33,426 bases of DNA from an uncultured bacterium (GTDB lineage: Bacteria > Pseudomonadota > Alphaproteobacteria > SMXQ01): contig CBDUSV010000003.1 of the NCBI GenBank assembly GCA_965369885.1, positions 1 through 33,426 on the forward strand, given 5' to 3'. The notes below the pieces were generated by a model. That model was not told the DNA's origin. It worked only from the letters and a program-made list of their open reading frames with translations, and ran no database searches. Within the stretch, counting starts at the first letter, position 1. Each line of letters starts with the position of its first letter. Made by a program: the position numbers and the translations under genes. Below, one piece after another: positions 30,880 to 33,426 of the stretch.

Positions 30880-32709
30880 TTGAATATTCGCAATATCGCC
30901 ATTATCGCCCATGTCGACCACGGCAAGACCACCCTGGTCGATAGGCTGCTGAGCCAGAGCGGCCAGTTCCGCGCCAACCAGCAGGTGGTGGACCGGGTCA
31001 TGGATTCCAATGAGCTCGAACGCGAACGCGGCATCACCATTCTGTCCAAATGCGCGTCGGTGGAATGGGACGGTGTGCGGATCAACATCGTCGACACCCC
31101 GGGCCATGCCGATTTCGGCGGCGAGGTCGAACGCATCCTCGGCATGGTCGATGGCGTGCTGTTGCTGGTCGATGCCGCCGAGGGCCCGATGCCGCAAACC
31201 AAGTTCGTCACCGCCAAGGCGTTGAAGCTGGGATTGAAGCCCATCGTCGTCATCAACAAGGTGGACAAGCCTGACGCCCGGCCCCACGTGGTCCATGACC
31301 AGGTCTTCGATCTGTTCGCCGCCCTCGACGCCACTGAGGAACAGCTGGACTTCCCCACCCTGTTCGCCTCGGCCAAGGTAGGCTGGGCCAGCGAGGATGC
31401 CGAAACGAGCGGCGGCGACATGCGCCCCTTGTTCGATAAGATCCTCGCCTATGTGCCACCCCCGGCGGTTGCCGATGACGGCCCGTTCAAGATGCTGGCG
31501 ACGACGCTGGAAAACGATCCCTATATCGGCCGGGTTCTGACCGGACGGATTATGTCCGGTACGGTTGCGCCCAACATGACGGTGAAGGCGCTCAACCGCG
31601 ATGGCGAGGAGATCGAGCAGACCCGCATCACCAAGGTTCTGGCATTCCGGGGCATATCGCGCGTCGCGGTCGAAGACGCCCATGCCGGCGACATCGTTGC
31701 CATCTCCGGCTTCGATGCGGCCACCGTGTCCGACACCTTGTGCGATCTTGAAAACCAAGACAGCATCCCCGCCGAGCCGGTGGACCCGCCGATCCTGTCG
31801 ATGATCTTTTCGATCAACGATTCACCCCTGGCCGGACGCTCGGGCAAGAAGGTGACCTCGCGGCTGATCAGGGCGCGCCTGATGGCCGAGGCCGAGGGCA
31901 ATGTCGCCATCCGTGTCCGTGACGCCGAGACAAGCGACGCCTTCGAGGTCTCGGGACGGGGTGAGCTGCAGATGGGGGTGCTGATCGAAACCATGCGCCG
32001 CGAGGGCTTCGAGCTTTCCATCAGCCGCCCCCAGGTGCTCACCCGCACCGATCCGGACACCGGCAAGACCCTGGAGCCCTATGAAGACGTGGTGGTCGAT
32101 GTCGACGAAGAGTTCTCCGGCGCCGTGGTCGAGGCCATCGCCAAGCGCAAGGGGCGGATGGAGGAATTGCGCCCATCCAGCGGCGGCAAGGTCCGCCTCG
32201 GCTTCATCGCGCCATCCCGGGGGCTGATCGGATATCACGGTGAATTCATGACCGAGACCCGGGGCACCGGCGTCATCTACCGGGTGTTCCGGGAATATGG
32301 CCCCTATGCCGGGCCCATCGATGACCGGCGCAACGGTGTTTTGGTGTCCACCGCCAACGGCAAAAGCGTGCCCTATGCCCTGATGAACCTGGAAGACCGT
32401 GGCGCCATGTTCATCGACGCCGGCGTGCCGGTCTATGAAGGCATGATCATCGGCGAGAACAGCCGGGGCAAGGATATCAATGTCAACCCGATGAAGGCCA
32501 AACAGCTGACCAACGTCCGGGCGTCGGGCACCGACGAGGCCGTGCGTCTGACGACGCCGCGCAAAATGTCGCTGGAGCAAGTCATCGCCTATATCCAGGA
32601 TGATGAATTGGTCGAGGTTACCCCCGACAGCATCCGCCTGCGCAAGCGTTTCCTCGACCCCCATCAGCGCAAACGGGCGGCCAAGGAGATCGCCGGCGCG
32701 GCTGAATAG
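30880..32709 (+). CDS. typA: Ribosome-associated GTPase TypA/BipA
   Basis: [72 protein letters not shown]. The TTG at 30880 follows AAGGA. Confidence 0.97.
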   Translation: MNIRNIAIIAHVDHGKTTLVDRLLSQSGQFRANQQVVDRVMDSNELERERGITILSKCASVEWDGVRINIVDTPGHADFGGEVERILGMVDGVLLLVDAAEGPMPQTKFVTAKALKLGLKPIVVINKVDKPDARPHVVHDQVFDLFAALDATEEQLDFPTLFASAKVGWASEDAETSGGDMRPLFDKILAYVPPPAVADDGPFKMLATTLENDPYIGRVLTGRIMSGTVAPNMTVKALNRDGEEIEQTRITKVLAFRGISRVAVEDAHAGDIVAISGFDAATVSDTLCDLENQDSIPAEPVDPPILSMIFSINDSPLAGRSGKKVTSRLIRARLMAEAEGNVAIRVRDAETSDAFEVSGRGELQMGVLIETMRREGFELSISRPQVLTRTDPDTGKTLEPYEDVVVDVDEEFSGAVVEAIAKRKGRMEELRPSSGGKVRLGFIAPSRGLIGYHGEFMTETRGTGVIYRVFREYGPYAGPIDDRRNGVLVSTANGKSVPYALMNLEDRGAMFIDAGVPVYEGMIIGENSRGKDINVNPMKAKQLTNVRASGTDEAVRLTTPRKMSLEQVIAYIQDDELVEVTPDSIRLRKRFLDPHQRKRAAKEIAGAAE

Positions 32710-32741
32710 GCCCCCGCCCCGGCTTCCCACATTCGCCAACC

Positions 32742-32770
32742 TTGTCCGGGGCTTGGATGTTGCCTAGGAT
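32742..32770 (+). promoter_or_regulatory. Candidate sigma70 promoter for the cupin gene
   Basis: TTGTCC (32742-32747)-N17-TAGGAT (32765-32770), with a GGAGG RBS just before the ATG at 32825. Confidence 0.5.
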
Positions 32771-32824
32771 AAGGGTCATGTATCCGGCGCCGACGGCCGC
32801 GCCAACTACCCGGGGGAGGAACCC

Positions 32825-33349
32825 ATGAGCTATTCACTCGACCAATTCTGCAATGATTGCCACGACTTCCTGAGCAATGGCGCCACCGACGAGAGCCGCG
32901 AGCAGATCCGCGCCAAGCTCGAACAGTTGCTGGTCAATCAGGACTTCATCAAGGCGACGTTTTCCGAGGACATGGCGCCGGGCAAGCGCGTGCTCTATCA
33001 CGATACCGATAGCGACGCTTACGTGCTGGCCCATATCCAGAATGTCGGCAAGGGCGGCAAGCCCCACAGCCACGGCTCATCCTGGGCGATCTACGGCAAT
33101 ATCACCGGCTTCACCGACATGACCGAATGGCGCCGGGTCAATGGCGAGGACGAAGACCACGCCGAGCTGGAAGTCGATAGCGCCTACCGCATCAACCCGG
33201 GCGAGGCCAAGGCATATGGGCCCGGACTGATCCATTCCACCGCCCATCCGGAAGGCGCCTGGGTCATCCGTATCACCGGGTGTGATCTCGATCACGAGCC
33301 GCGCTTCCGCTTCAATCCCGAGCGCGACAAGATCCTGGCCGAGGCCTAG
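32825..33349 (+). CDS. Cupin-fold protein, thiol/cysteine-dioxygenase-like (3-His metal site)
   Basis: PHSHG-SWAIYG motif plus a distal IHS. Helical N-terminus followed by a beta-rich region, as in CDO-like cupins. Strong RBS. Confidence 0.7.
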   Translation: MSYSLDQFCNDCHDFLSNGATDESREQIRAKLEQLLVNQDFIKATFSEDMAPGKRVLYHDTDSDAYVLAHIQNVGKGGKPHSHGSSWAIYGNITGFTDMTEWRRVNGEDEDHAELEVDSAYRINPGEAKAYGPGLIHSTAHPEGAWVIRITGCDLDHEPRFRFNPERDKILAEA

Positions 33350-33373
33350 TCCACCACCCCCAGGCCTAGCCCC

Positions 33374-33426
33374 CTACTCCGCCGCCCGGGCCTGGCGCAT
33401 CCGTTCCGCCACCGCGTCGGTCGCCT
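33374..33426 (-). CDS. 3' end of an unidentified convergent gene (partial)
   Basis: Minus strand reads ...ATDAVAERMRQARAAE-TAG (stop at 33374-33376) with GC-rich third positions. Confidence 0.5.
   Translation of the reverse strand, partial: ATDAVAERMRQARAAE

Noticed and set aside
32849-32863. CxxCH (CNDCH) haem-c motif at the cupin N-terminus
   Set aside because: The protein has no signal peptide, so it would not meet periplasmic cytochrome c maturation; likely a chance match.

Overview
GC-rich alphaproteobacterial chromosomal core region (gene order and proteins look Rhodospirillales-like; inferred, not tested). The minus strand carries tpiA-secG-pyrG-kdsA-(orphan secreted protein)-eno-ftsB-[PFOR/nifJ]-lipA-ratA and (ccsA/ypjD-like)-dusB-ntrB-ntrC-ntrY-ntrX-trkA-dat-HAD-hfq-hflX (partial). 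The plus strand carries ispDF-pgpA-cinA/pncC-(SAM methyltransferase) and ppiD-trpE-(stand-alone ParB/Srx domain)-typA-(3-His cupin). I found no rRNA, tRNA, CRISPR array, transposase or integrase. The most notable feature is a single ~1200-aa pyruvate:ferredoxin/flavodoxin oxidoreductase lying between ftsB and lipA. That slot normally holds the pdhA-pdhB-pdhC-lpdA pyruvate dehydrogenase cluster in alphaproteobacteria, so this looks like an in-situ non-orthologous displacement with the same substrate and product but different chemistry. Four small accessory genes interrupt otherwise conserved synteny, and the trp cluster stops after trpE. Candidate regulatory motifs include paired GANTC sites in a probably leaderless ftsB promoter, tandem NtrC-like sites at dusB-ntrBC, and several short intergenic repeats. 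All calls come from reading motifs by eye; no database searches were run.
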